NCBI GenBank assembly: GCA_013239625.1
Contig: MU056050.1
Location: 614,504-678,503, forward strand
From: Lama guanicoe
Lineage: Eukaryota
Length of the DNA stretch: 64,000 nt
Reading direction: 5' to 3'
The position numbers were made by a program, and so were the translations under genes. The number at the start of each line of letters is the position of its first letter. The first letter of the stretch is position 1. The notes beneath the pieces are model-generated. The model was not told the DNA's origin and did not search any database. It saw only the letters and a list, made by a program, of their open reading frames with translations. This document shows, one piece after another, positions 12,071 through 23,855 of this stretch.

Positions 12071-14484
12071 CAACTTGCTTTCACTGTATTGGTTAATTGT
12101 ACAAGGTACACAACCAAATTTTATTATGTTCTAGGATGACATTTATGAATTTGGAAAGCCCCCAATGGGTGAGATTAAAGTTAAGCTTTGAATATCTGTA
12201 AAGTGTTGCTAATTTCCCTAGATACCAGTATATCTCATGTTGCCAGAGGCTATAACTATCTTTAGATTGAGGGGGGGCAACTTCATTGGAAAAAATGTCC
12301 TTTAATTTGCTAATTAAAAGTATATATAAGATTGCAGTGAACTGCACCAGTGTTAATGTTTGTTTGCCTTGTGGTTAACTCACTTCAAATTGCAACTTCT
12401 GGAGGTCAGAGAGGTTACATGTTAGCCAACTTGCTGTCTTTTCATATAGTGTAAGTTTAAATTGTCTAACGTTTCTTCCCCTGCTTTGCCACAGGGTCTG
12501 AAATTGCCCATCTTACAATCATTTCTTATGTCCCTTCAGAGACAAGTGCATTGTAAGTTAACATGGTATCCCAATCTACCTGAAACTATCGTTAACCAGG
12601 TAATTACTTCAAGGCAGGGTCTGGAGGAAGTAGAACAGAAATTTTGAGAGGAAGCAAGGACTAGAGGAATGAAGAAAAGATCTGGGGCATAGGGTGCTCC
12701 CAGGGAAGGGAGTGCTGTATGAGGAGTGACTGTGGGGAACCCTGATTTTAGGTGTCTGGAGATAATAGTGGGGCTGTGGTGGGGGACAGAGGTCTCAAGG
12801 TGTGCTTGAGAATGAAGAAGAGGGCATTGGAAAAAGAGGCAAAGGAGGTAGGGATGCAAGTGGTATCCGCTTTTCATAGCTTTGCCTCAGGCCAACTTGT
12901 CTTTGGAGGTGCTTTAAGACAGAAAGATGAATAATAGCCTTTGAAGTTCCAAATAGTGAGGAGCTCGTGATGTAGGGAGCTGATGTGAAACAGAATATGA
13001 AGTATGCTGTTATAACATACGGGAGAGGAAGTCGTTAATGCCATCCAGATTAAGTATCTAAGTAACCTTAACTAAGTGTAGAAACAAGGCTTTCTTCCCC
13101 AACTCCCTTTCTCTGATCAACTACCTTTTCACTCACTTTCTCATCTAGATTTTAGAGATGAGGCCCGTTTACTACTTAGTCACACATAAAACTATGGCAA
13201 TATTAATATGAACACTAATATAAACCTCCTCAGTGCCCATATAATCTCTCTCTAGCTTAAGAAAGAAAACATTAGAAATGGAGTTGATGCTGTGCGCATA
13301 CTTTCCTCAAATAGTAACCAGTATCATGAATTTGGGGTTTCATTCCCATGTACACCTTTATCCTTTGCCTACATTTCTTGGAATGAAATATGTTGTTAAA
13401 TATATACTCACATCCCAAAGTATATAGTATTTTTGCACATTTTGAAACTTTATATAAATGGCATCACAGTATCTGTATTCTTTTGCTGCTAGCTTTGTGC
13501 CTTACACTTTTTTCCACTACCACCACCCAGGCATTACCCTCAGAGGCGTATGTGGCTCAGGCCCTGGGGAGTTCCAGTCTCCTCCCTATGTGAGTCCTTG
13601 CCATCTTTGTGGCCTTACCTGCAACACTTTCAAGCCAGTGAATTAAGGTTGTCTTACCTTAGGTGAAGGCCGGCTTCTTTCACTGTTGTCTTAGCCAAAG
13701 CACAGGGTTGAGCTCAGCTGCGTGATGAGCTTTGAAAACCACACTTTGAAAACCACTGCTCTAGAACATCCTTTCCCCCTTGATATTATAGCCTTCCTTC
13801 AATAAAATAATCTGATATAAGCTTACCAAGTGAAAAGATAGCATTCCTAGAAGGTAGAGTGGTACAAAAACTGCTTTGTGAAGTTAAAATATACTTCATG
13901 ACAAAGTACAAAATGAAGACGACTTTATTAACACCCCAGTGATTAATCACCTGACCCTAAGTTCCCTCTAATTTACCTGTCCAAACAAAGATCCTCAAAT
14001 AAACTAACAATTATTGAAGATGGGCTTACTGGAATTCTTAACCATGCACACTGTCAGGTTAAAAGTGCATTGTTCACTAGTTAGTACAAGAGACTACCTT
14101 TCTGCAGCACGATGAAGGCACAGGTCACGCAGGCTAGCTTGAAAAATACTTCAGTTGGTTTCTCAAGAGTATTTTCTAAACCACTCCTGATTTCCATTAA
14201 AGATTCTGATATTTTACAGCTGTAGGCTTACAGCTATGACAAAAGTACTTCACAAGAACCAAACTATGAAACTTCAAGGATGCAGTGAATTCTATATCTG
14301 GCAGAAAAGTGGGGAACAATTGAAATTCTAAGAAGAAAGCACTAGTTTAAAAACCTTTAAAGAAAAAAAACAAACAAAAAACCAAACTTCTTACTACTTA
14401 GGGTAAAAAAAAGCTGTAAGTAATGCAGACTGTATTTAAGCTATTCTTAATGGTATATAAGAGCACCCCCACCCCCACCCCGGC

Positions 14485-16528
14485 TCACCTCACCTTGCAC
14501 TCTACAAAGTAGTGTTTGTTTTAGGGTTCTCCTTCCACTTCTGGTTAATCTTTTTCTTCCTCTTCCTTTTCTTCTTTTCACTTGATTCTCCCACTGTGTC
14601 ATAGTCATCATCATTCTGTGTATCTTGTCCTGCCAAATGTGATATGGATTATCGGACTGTTACTGATGAAAAGAACCCCAATTGAAGATCTTCAAGAATT
14701 TTAGCTATAACAACCCCACTTAGCTTTATAAACTTGGGCATTTCAGGAGTTCAAAGGTAATTGAAGTATGAATCTTTGGAAGTTGATTTGTACCCTATTC
14801 TAGAAATCTCCTTTCCTTTGCTATCCTGTTGCTTAATGCCTTCTGAGTGACAGTCTTCTTTTCCTTCCAGTGTATTTGGCACCCAATGTGGCCTATAACT
14901 TGTGGTCCATGAGGAAAGAAGCATCAGAATTACCTGGGTACGACTTTATCATATATGTTTTAGTCAACACCTAATTTGAGAAATGTTTACTGGGTTCAGA
15001 GAAATTCTGTGAAACTCAGGCTCACCAGCATCTGAGAACTTGAGCTAAATACCTTTCAGTTGCTCTAAAATAGATGCATCGAGTTTCTGAATCATATTTC
15101 TGAGCAACTCTGCATTCTTCAAAACTTTCACCCCCAATTAAAGAATTCTTTTAGGGTAGATTTTACCTTCAGACTTTTTCTCAAGTTTTGTCTTTATTTC
15201 CTCAACAACTCTCTCCTCAACACCTGATTTCCATTTATTTTCATCTTCTATAGGCTCATAAAGATGATTTTGTATCTCTTATCAAACAGGTTGATAGAGA
15301 CAGGCATATTTTCTCTCAGTTTCACGAACTACATTATAATGTTTGGATTTTATTTTTGTCTGTTCTGATGCAGGAAAAACAGATGTGGGGCGTGAGGAGG
15401 GCCATGTCCCAAGCTTCGGTTGAGCCCCTGGGATGTGCCCCGCCAAGTGAGGGTCCTGGCTTTGCGCAGTAAAGAATTCAAGAGTAAGCTACAGTTGAGT
15501 AAAGGTAGATTTATGTAGAGATACATCAAAAGGCAAGAGAAAGGCCATGAGGAGTGGGGGTTGGGTGCTCAGATTTGATTAAAAGTAGGTACACATCCCA
15601 TAGACAGAATGTGAGCCATCTCCAAGGAAAGGGAGCGAGGGGGCGGCCAGGAGGCATGTTGCCAGTTTTTATGGGCTTAGTGGCTTCATATGCTAATAAG
15701 TGGAAGGACCAGTCATGCTAATAAGTGGAAGGACCAGTCTAACTAGCCTGGGGAAGGGGCTGGGATTCCCAGGAAGTTGGCCATTTCCCACTCTTTGACC
15801 TTTTGTGGCCTGCCTTGGGACTGTCATGGCACCTGTGGGAATGCTATTCATAATGAAGCTCAGTCTCCTAGAAGTCAAATCTCCCACCATCTTGAGCTTC
15901 AAGGCCTACTGGGGGTTGAATCTTTCACCATTCTGGTGTTAGTTGCTATGTTATTCCTTGAATAGCTGTGCCCTGTCCCCTTGCTGTCTCAGTTCTATTT
16001 GGAGTATTCTGAAGATATTAAGTCACTTAACGACATTAGGCAAATTCTGAAAGAAGTTTGCAAATGCTGCAATTGAATCACCGTATCTTTCTTGGGAAGC
16101 TTCATCAGTTTGAGGAATTTGCCTGCCCTCAGTTTTTTTTCATGATGCCCCCATTCGTGGCACATTCTGATACAGGTGTACAGCCTCTGTGGCAGGAAAC
16201 AGAACCTCCTGAGCACAGCTTGAGGGCCTCTTGCTTTCCCATCTCAGTGCCTTTATCTTCCTTCTCATTAGCTGTGAGGCCAAGTTGCTCAAGTGTCCTC
16301 CATCCCAGGAGGGTGTGGATGGTGGAAGGTGATGGACAGCCCCGCGGCACCATGGTCTAACTTTCTGGTGCTCTCAGCCTTCTTGAGCTGCCTCCTGCAC
16401 ATCAAGGTTAATGTCTTCAACACTCCCCAGGACATCAGTGACCCCTTCCCCTCCTCCCCTCCATCCTTCACAGCAGCCGCTTCTGGTTGGCCAAATGGAG
16501 CCAGTTCTATGTTACTTTCATCAGACAT
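14485..16528 (-). pseudogene. Decayed intronless NAP1-like retrogene (nucleosome assembly protein 1-like, NAP1L1/NAP1L4-derived), interrupted by a solo LTR
   Basis: Manual minus-strand translation gives QIPQTDEASQER..LPNVVK*LNIFRILQIE|QTKIKSKHYNVVRETERKYACLYQP, YEPIEDENKWK, VLKNAELLRNMIQKLDASILEQLKGI*LKFSDAGEP, FSN*VLTKTYMIKS, GCQIHWKEKKTVT, SKDSYFNY, DDDYD and ECKVR*. These are collinear with NAP1L1 motifs (LERKYAVLYQP, YEPTEEECEWK, KFSDAGQP, NEVLTKTY, GCQIDWKKGKNVT, NDSFFNF, ECKQQ*). No introns; multiple stops and frameshifts. Confidence 0.88.
15366..15991 (-). mobile_element. Solo ERV1-class LTR, copy 1
   Basis: TG...CA termini, 626 bp, exact 4-bp TSD gttc (15362-15365 and 15992-15995). 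Collinear with the copy at 18908; TATA-like CATAAAAA on -. Confidence 0.9.
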
Positions 16529-16539
16529 GTTGGGGGAAG

Positions 16540-16980
16540 CCAGATGCCTCCTCTGAGTTTCTTCCTGGGGTCTGCACGCAGAGAGGAGCAGTGAGCCTCC
16601 TCATAAGAGCTCGGGCTGGGAAGCAGGGCCCAGGTGAGAGCAAACAGCGAAGCTGGCAGCAGCGCTGCTGCTGGGGTGAGGGTGACGGCTTGTGGTTGAG
16701 GCAGTAGTGCCACTGCTGGGTGACCGGGATTAGGCAGTGAGGGCTGAGGAGCAGAGACCCTGGTCGCCCCTCAAAGTCTGGGCGGCCTCAACGCAGGGCA
16801 GGCCGTCAGCGTCAGGCCAGCGGATTCCCTCCGTGGCAGCCAGCCTTGAGCTGGCGTTTAAATCTGGCCAAGGTCAGGGCAAGTGCACGGGGAAGCAGCC
16901 AGGCTCAGAAAAGCTGAAGAGTTGGCCCCTGCTGTTCCCTCCAGCAAGTTTCTCCAGCTGGTCCTGGAGGCCTCTAGGTC
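16540..16980 (-). promoter_or_regulatory. GC-rich 5' UTR/promoter remnant of the NAP1L retrogene
   Basis: GC-rich block with residual CpGs immediately 5' of the ATG (caacATG at 16528). TATA-like ATTTAAA on - at about 16857-16863. Confidence 0.4.
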
Positions 16981-17375
16981 TAAGTTCATTTGCTGAGAAA
17001 AGGTGATTGACGGGCCTTCTCTTGCTCACCCCACCCCAGCCCACCCCCACCAGTTTGCTTTTGTGAGGAGGGGCTCATTGCTCCTCTCAGCGGGCAGACC
17101 CCAGGAAGAAAGCCTACTTATGGTTACCAGCATGCCATATGCAGATGACTTGAGACAGGCAGCTTTTAACAAACACAATAGGTAGAAACTCCCCAAGGGG
17201 GAAAAGGTGTTTCCTCCCACTAATACCAACTCCAATCAAGCTTTTCCTTTTTTGCTCTTTGGCCCCAGGTCAAGCAGACAGCATGATTTTGTGCAAAACG
17301 TCCTGGGGATGAGGGCTCAGATACAAACAAAAATGTTTTAGGTCTTGGGGGGGGAACCTTAGAAATCATGGAATC

Positions 17376-17520
17376 CAGTGGCTCTCCAAAAGCTGAGTGT
17401 GCATAAGAATCACCTGGAGGGCTTGTTGGCCCTCAGGTTGCTGGGCCCCACCCCAAGAAGTCAGGATTCCAGGGTCTAGGGTGACTTGAGAATTTGCATT
17501 TGCAACAAGTTGCCACGGGA
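17376..17520. mobile_element. MER5A-like fragment
   Basis: cagtggctctccaaa..gcataagaatcacctggagggcttgtt..agaatttgcattt. Confidence 0.7.
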
Positions 17521-18907
17521 ACTTTTAGAACCAAAGTCTAACCCTCCCCAGCTGGGTTTCAGCATTGAGTTTAACAATCACCAGCTGTTACGAGTTTGCA
17601 ATCTGAGTTTGCAATCTGAGGTGGCTTTTCTGGGCCTCCCTTTTCTCATCTCCGCAATTAGTGTGATAACCTGTGTCCTGCCTACCTCACAGAGGTGTGT
17701 AATTTACAGAGTGGCTGCTATTGGGTAGTTACTCGGGCTTTTAGCAAGATCCCTCTGATTCGGCGTGGAGCAGTCACGTGCCTTTCAGGTCTGTGAACTT
17801 AGAAACAGTTCCCCCGGGTTGCTGGGTCAGAGTTTACTGCTGCGTTTCATTTTGCCGAGGATGAGAGAGGGAGATGCCGTCAAGCTGGGGGTAGGATGTA
17901 TACCATTCTTTTTTTGTTGTTGTACTTTTCTCATTTGCATTTGCCTCTTAGCTTTGTTAATATTTCTAAGTATATTGGTTTTCCTTTTTCACGTAGAAAG
18001 TGTCTCAGTGTTTTCCTTTTCTGTTTCTCCCATATTCTTTGTTACAAAATTATTTACCATCTGATAAGATCATGCAAGGATATGTTCTATTATTCTTTTG
18101 TAATTTTTTACCTTGTATACCCTTATCCCTCAGGAGTTACGAAGTTCAGCGCTCCGTTGGATTTTCTTGTTTTTCTCTTTTTTCCGAAACAGCTAAGCCA
18201 ACGCTGGCATCATTTGTTGAGTAATCCCTTTCCTCTCCCTTGTCGTGTGCTTGTGCACTGTTTAGTACTTGACAAAATAGAATAAGTGGGAGTGAGATTT
18301 GTGTCTAAGCCCATTTTATTTCAGGTGGGGAAGCTGAGGCTCAGGGTAGCTAACTGGTATTTCTATGGTCATGCTATTTAATGGAGAAGCTATGACTACA
18401 ACTCAGATCTCTGACTTCTAATCTGGATTGGAGATATGTCTCCTTCTTGTCTACCCAACTTTACTTTTTTGGGGATTGACTAATATCTCTTTGCTTTTTT
18501 GTCTTGCTGGGACATAGCCTGTGTTATTTTTCTAATATTTGAAGAGATGCTAATAACTATATTTTTAATGTGTAGTCTCCTGAAATTTAAGATTTGGGCT
18601 TAACACAGTGTGCTTTCAGCCCACGTGTGACCATGGGTTGCTAATTTTTGATCGTCTTTAAAAAAGTGTTTTTAGCACTGGCATGGGATTTGTAGCCTGA
18701 CTTCTTTCTGTTCTAGCTATCCCAAGTATGGATCATTTAGCTAACATCAGAAGAGAAGTGTTTCCTTATGCTTTTTCTTTCTAGCAGAGCACCTTGTTAG
18801 TGTTCCTATAAGAGATCAGCTGAATTAAATTATCGTAATTAGTTTATGGCATTAATGCCATTTCTGATAGTTCCGTGATTTTATTGACTTGAGTTGTAAT
18901 CTAGGAC

Positions 18908-19539
18908 TGATTCAGGAAAAATGGATGTGGGTCGTGAGGAGGGAGGGCCACGTCCCAGGCTTCGGTTGAGCCCCTGGGACGTACCCTGCCAAGTGTGGGT
19001 CCTTGGCTTCGCGCAGGAAAGAATTCAAGAGCGAGCCACGATTAAGGTAGATTTATTTAGAAATACATCAAAAGGCAAGAGAAAGGCCACGAGGTGTGCT
19101 TGTTGGGTGCTCAGATTAGATTAAAAGTAGGTACACACTCCATAGACAGAATGTGAGCCATCTCCGAAGAGGGGGAGAAGGGAGGAGGCCAGGAGTCCTG
19201 CGTTGCCAGTTTTTATGGGCTTAGTGGCTTCATATGCTAATAAGTGGAAGGACCAGTCTAACTAGCCTGTGGAAGGGGCCGGGATTCTCAAGAAGTTAGC
19301 CATTTCCCACTCTTTGACCTTTTGTGGCTAGCCTTGGGTCTGCCATGGTGCTTGTGGGCCTGTTATTCACCATGCTAATATATTAGCATGGGCGTATAAT
19401 GAAGCTCAATGTCTACTAGAAGTCAAATCTCCCACCATCTTGAGCCTCACGGCCTACTGGGGTTTGAATCCTCAGCCATCCTGATGTCAATTGTTGTGTT
19501 GTTTCTTGAATGGCTGTGCCTTGCCCCCTTCCTGTTTCA
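18908..19539 (-). mobile_element. Solo ERV1-class LTR, copy 2 (same family)
   Basis: TG...CA termini, TSD ggac/ggat (18904-18907 and 19540-19543). AATAAA and CATAAAAA lie on the minus strand. Confidence 0.9.
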
Positions 19540-20049
19540 GGATTAGACCAATACACAGCAGGTTACCCTTCATTGTAGTTCCTGGGGTGATGAAAATCCA
19601 AGGCCCATAATGGACTTAGTGAGGTAATGGAGATACAAGTGTGCTTGATTTTAAGGGAAACGAACAGAGTAATTGCATACTAGTGTATTTTCCTTTCATA
19701 CAGCTTTTCCTTAACTCAGTGACAGCCCTAGCAAAGCTTTCAGTATCCATCCTTACCAATAACAGTTTCACAAAAATTTTGAGTCCTTTGGCTTCTTGCC
19801 TGAATTTCTGTTGGCTAACAAATATGCTATTAATATTTAGACAGTAGGCCACTGATGCACTGTTTAATTAAGAAAGTGATACCAGAGTGGGGACTATGAG
19901 ACTTTATAATATGGAGAATAAAAAGATGAAGCATTTAGGGGGCGGTATGGCTTGTTGTGTTGGAAGATGAAGGTTATTGTAAAAGTGTTTCACTTGGTTA
20001 TGCTATATGGCCTTTCAGAAATGGTTTGGAATTTGGTGATGGGATGAAG

Positions 20050-20400
20050 AAAACTTAATCCACTTCTGAGCTCTATTACTTTCTCCTAGTTCAAGCTTTA
20101 AGGCTCTCACCTTGATTATTGCAATGTCCTCGTAACTGGTCTCCCTGCTTCTACCATTACTATATTTCAGTCTATTCTCAATACAACAGTTGGAGTGATA
20201 CTATTCATAAATCAGATCATGTCCAAAACCCTCTTTCCAGTGCCTCCCATATCATGTTAAGAGAAACCCAAGTAATTCCAGTAGCCTTATAGACCTCTTC
20301 ATGATCTGGACCCTCATTACTTCTCTGACCTCACCTTCTCTCCCCATTATACTCTGTTCCAGCATCAATGTCTGTGCTTACACAAACTAGGCATTTTCTT
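20050..20400 (+). mobile_element. L2 fragment
   Basis: attattgcaatgtcctcgtaactggtctccctgcttc..aaatcagatcatgtc. Confidence 0.65.
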
Positions 20401-21849
20401 TCTTGAGACATGATCTTGGAAATGAGTAACTCTTTTTGAGAGTTTTTTCCACTGTACTTCATTGCTTGATAGCACCTTAAGACTTTAGGGCCAGAGATTT
20501 TGGCTTACTCTTGCTCGAAAACTGAGACCCCACCATTCAGAAAAGGGCAATGTGAAATAATATGAAAAACTCCCCAAATGTCCTACCCTTAAGGTAGGTT
20601 ACTTTATCAGTTGTCATCACATTCCATCTCTTGTATAGTGCATAAAAATTTACGAATATTTTCACAAGCTCTTTCCTTTTTAAGGTTGGTTTTGGGAGAC
20701 AGTATCTTATAATAAAGGCTGCTTGCTTAGTTTTTCTGTAAGAACAAATGTTAGCCTAAGTTGGCTCAAAATCTGCATTATAGTAGACTCCAAAATGCTG
20801 GAGTGTTTGAAGTTAATGTAGGAGTTGTCTAGTTCAAGTTATCTAATAAACATAAATACGCATAAAAACGTGTAAGTCTTTTTAATTCTGAAAGAGCATT
20901 AATGAAATCACTAATAGTAATCCAGACAAAATAGGAATAAATATGGATTACTTGGCAAATATCCCATGGCTCCTTCAGAAAGATCATACTTGTAGCTGAT
21001 GTGTCTTTTTCTTTTTTCCCTACAAATAGGAACCCCATATAATTTGTAAGAATATATGACATAGGGCAAACATTATTTGAAATTTGGGTTTACTAGCTCT
21101 TATGAGCTTTGGGAAAATAATGGAGTAATAATTGCCTTTAAAATTTTTTTAACCTGGTCTTGCCTTTACCTTTTCACCTTGAAAGATGGAGTAGTCTTTA
21201 GGGAATAGACGGTAAATTGCTAAGAAGCCTGCAAAGCTAAGGGTTTTGGTCTGCTTAGTTAGAATATGGGTGAGTTTTCTATTGTTGTATACAGCAAGGT
21301 GTTCTTTTTTGGGCCCTCATACTGTTAGGCAAATTTTAGGCTTGTGAGGGGGAAAGAAAGCAAAACAAATGTTGCCGGTGGGAGAGATGAGGTTCTTGCT
21401 GCTTTTTCCTTCCTTTCCTTGGGGTGACCAGTAACCATCCAACAATTGCAGTTTCCTGAGAGTTGGGTGATCTAGAAAGAGAAACATTGCCATAGGCTAT
21501 GTTTTTCTAATTTGGCTATGGATAAAAATCAACCAGAGGTACTTGTTAAAATACAGATTTCTGGTATCAGAATTATTGTAGATAAATGCTGAGAATCTGT
21601 ACTTTAACAGTGGTGCAGATCATTTTGATGCATAGTTTGAGAACCATTGGTTTGAATTGAAGGCTGTGGTCTTTAGAGTCAAGTGAATTTCATTTCAAAT
21701 TCAAGCTTTCACACATACTAACTGAACTTAGAATCCAATCTTCTGTTATCATACCCTTCTAGTTCCATACTATGCTGTGTGATGATCGCCTCTCAACTGC
21801 ATATGCTTAATTACATAGGTATCTAGTTTATTCTTTCTAGTGTACAGAA

Positions 21850-22115
21850 AAATCTTGGCATTAGGGTGAAGGCTAATGTGCTATAGCAACAAAAAATTCC
21901 ATCAACTTAAGTAAGGTAGTTTTTTCATTAATGAGTTCACAGATCATGAGTGGATCAGGCCTGGCGGGGTGGCTTTCCTTCACACAGTCATTCATGGAGT
22001 TAGGTTTCTTCCATCTTGTTGTGCCACCATTTTCTGGGGGTATAATCCTTGTCTATATGGTTAAAGGTGGTTCACCTCCAACATCGTGTTCTTGATTTCA
22101 AGAAAGGGGATAAAA
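21850..22115 (-). mobile_element. MLT1-type MaLR LTR fragment
   Basis: ccttcacacagtcattcatggagttaggtttcttccatcttgttgtgccaccat. Confidence 0.5.
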
Positions 22116-22123
22116 AAAGAGTG

Positions 22124-22175
22124 TAGGCATATCTTGCTTTATTGTGCTTCACAGATTCTGCATTTTTTACAAAAT
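22124..22175. mobile_element. Tigger terminal fragment, cut off by an L1 insertion
   Basis: taggcatatcttgctttattgtgcttcacagattctgcattttttacaaa. Confidence 0.6.
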
Positions 22176-23046
22176 TAAAAAAAATACAGTTGATATACAA
22201 TATTAGTTTCAGGTGTACTACATAGTGATTCGATACTTGTGTACATTATGAAATGATCACCATGAGTCTAGTAATTATCTGTCCTCATATAAAGTTATTA
22301 AAATATTTTTGACCATGTTCCTTATGTTGTATATTACATCCCTGTGGCTTATTTCATAACGAGGTTTGTACCTCTTAATCTTCCTCACCTGTTTTGCCCT
22401 CCCACCCCTCCCATCTGACAACCACCTCTTTGTTCTCTATATCCATGAGTCTGCTTTCATTTTATTTTGTTTCAGATTCCCCTTATATGAGATCATATGG
22501 TACTTGCCTTTCTCTGACTTATTTCACTTAGCGTAATATCCTCTAGATCCATCCATGTTGTTGCAAATGGCAAGATTTCATTTTTTATGGCTGATTAATA
22601 TTCCATTGTATATGTATACCACATCTTCTTTATCTATTGGACACTCAGGTTGCTTCCATACCTTGGTTATTATAAATAATGATGCAATGCATATACCTTT
22701 TTGAATTAGTTTTTTTTGGGGGGGTAAATACCTAGAAATTGCTGGATCACATGGTGGTTTTATTTAATTTTTTGAAGAACCTCCATACTGTTTTCCATAG
22801 CGGCTGTATCAATTTATGATCCCACCAGCAGTGCATGAGGGTTCACTTTTCTGCATGTCCTTGCCAACACTTACTTGTTATCTTTTTGATGATAGCCATT
22901 CTGAAAGGTATGATGTGATAATCTCATTGTGGTTTTGATTTGAATTTCCCTGATGATTAGTGATATTCAGCGTCATTTCATGTGCCTGTTGGCCATCTAT
23001 ATGTCATCTTTAGAAAAATGTGTATTCAGGTCCTCTGCCCATTTTT

Positions 23047-23855
23047 TTAAAAAAATTGTAGTATAGTTGATTTATGTTTCAGGTGTACAGCAAAATGATT
23101 TAGTTATACATATCTCTATTTTTCAGATTTCTTTTCCATTATAGCTTATTACAAGATACTGAATATAGTTCCCTGTACTGTACAGTAGGACCTTGTTTTT
23201 CTGTTTTATATATAGTACTGTGTATCTGTTAATCCCAAATCCCTAATTTATCCCTCCCCTCCTTTCCCCTTTGGTGACTATAAGTTTGTTTTCTGTGTAT
23301 GAATCTATTTGTTTTGTAAATAAGTTCACTTATAATTTTTCAGATTCCACGTGTAAGTGATATGATATTTCTTTTCTCTGACTTAGTATGATAATGTCTA
23401 GGTCCATCCGTGTTGCTGCTGCAAATGCCAATATTTCATTATTTTTTTTTGGTGGGGGGAGGTAATTAGATTGATTGATTTGATGGAGGTACTAGGGATT
23501 GAACCCAGGACCTCATGCATGCTAGGTATGCTCTCTGCCACTGAGCTGTACCTTCCTCCCAGTATTTCATTCTTTTTAATGGCTAAGTAATATTCCATTG
23601 TATATATACTGTATCTTCTTTATCCATCCATCTGTTGATGGATATTTAGGTTGCTTCCATGCCTTGGCTTTTGGAAATAGTCCTTCTATGAATGTTGGGG
23701 TACATGTATCTTTTTTTTCTGTGGTGCATGTATTTTTTTTTTTAATTGGAGTTTTCATCTTTTCTGGCTATATGCCCAGGAGTGGGATTGCTGGATCATA
23801 TGGAAAGTCTATTTTTAGTTTTTTAAGGAACCTCCATACTGTTCTCCATAATCCA
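23047..23855 (-). mobile_element. 5'-truncated L1 inserted into the older L1
   Basis: TSD ctgcccattttt at 23035-23046 and 23856-23867. Confidence 0.8.
23441..23560 (-). mobile_element. tRNA-derived camelid-type SINE (vic-1-like)
   Basis: Minus strand reads GGGAGGAAGGTACAGCTCAGTGGCAGAG (A box)..GGTTCAATCCC (B box)..CTAATTACCTCCCCCCACCAAAAAAAAA. TSD aatatttcatt/agtatttcatt (23430-23440 and 23561-23571). Confidence 0.85.

Noticed and set aside
17592..17620. 13-bp tandem repeat (and a similar 19-bp one near 49414-49450)
   Set aside because: Simple slippage duplications within old repeats, with no spacer structure.
15366..19539. A single provirus carrying a captured host gene
   Set aside because: Each LTR has its own TSD, and the NAP1L frame continues outside the left LTR, so the interior is host DNA.
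23470..23560. tRNA gene
   Set aside because: A and B boxes are present, but so are an A-tail, a TSD and a SINE 3' segment; it is a tRNA-derived SINE.
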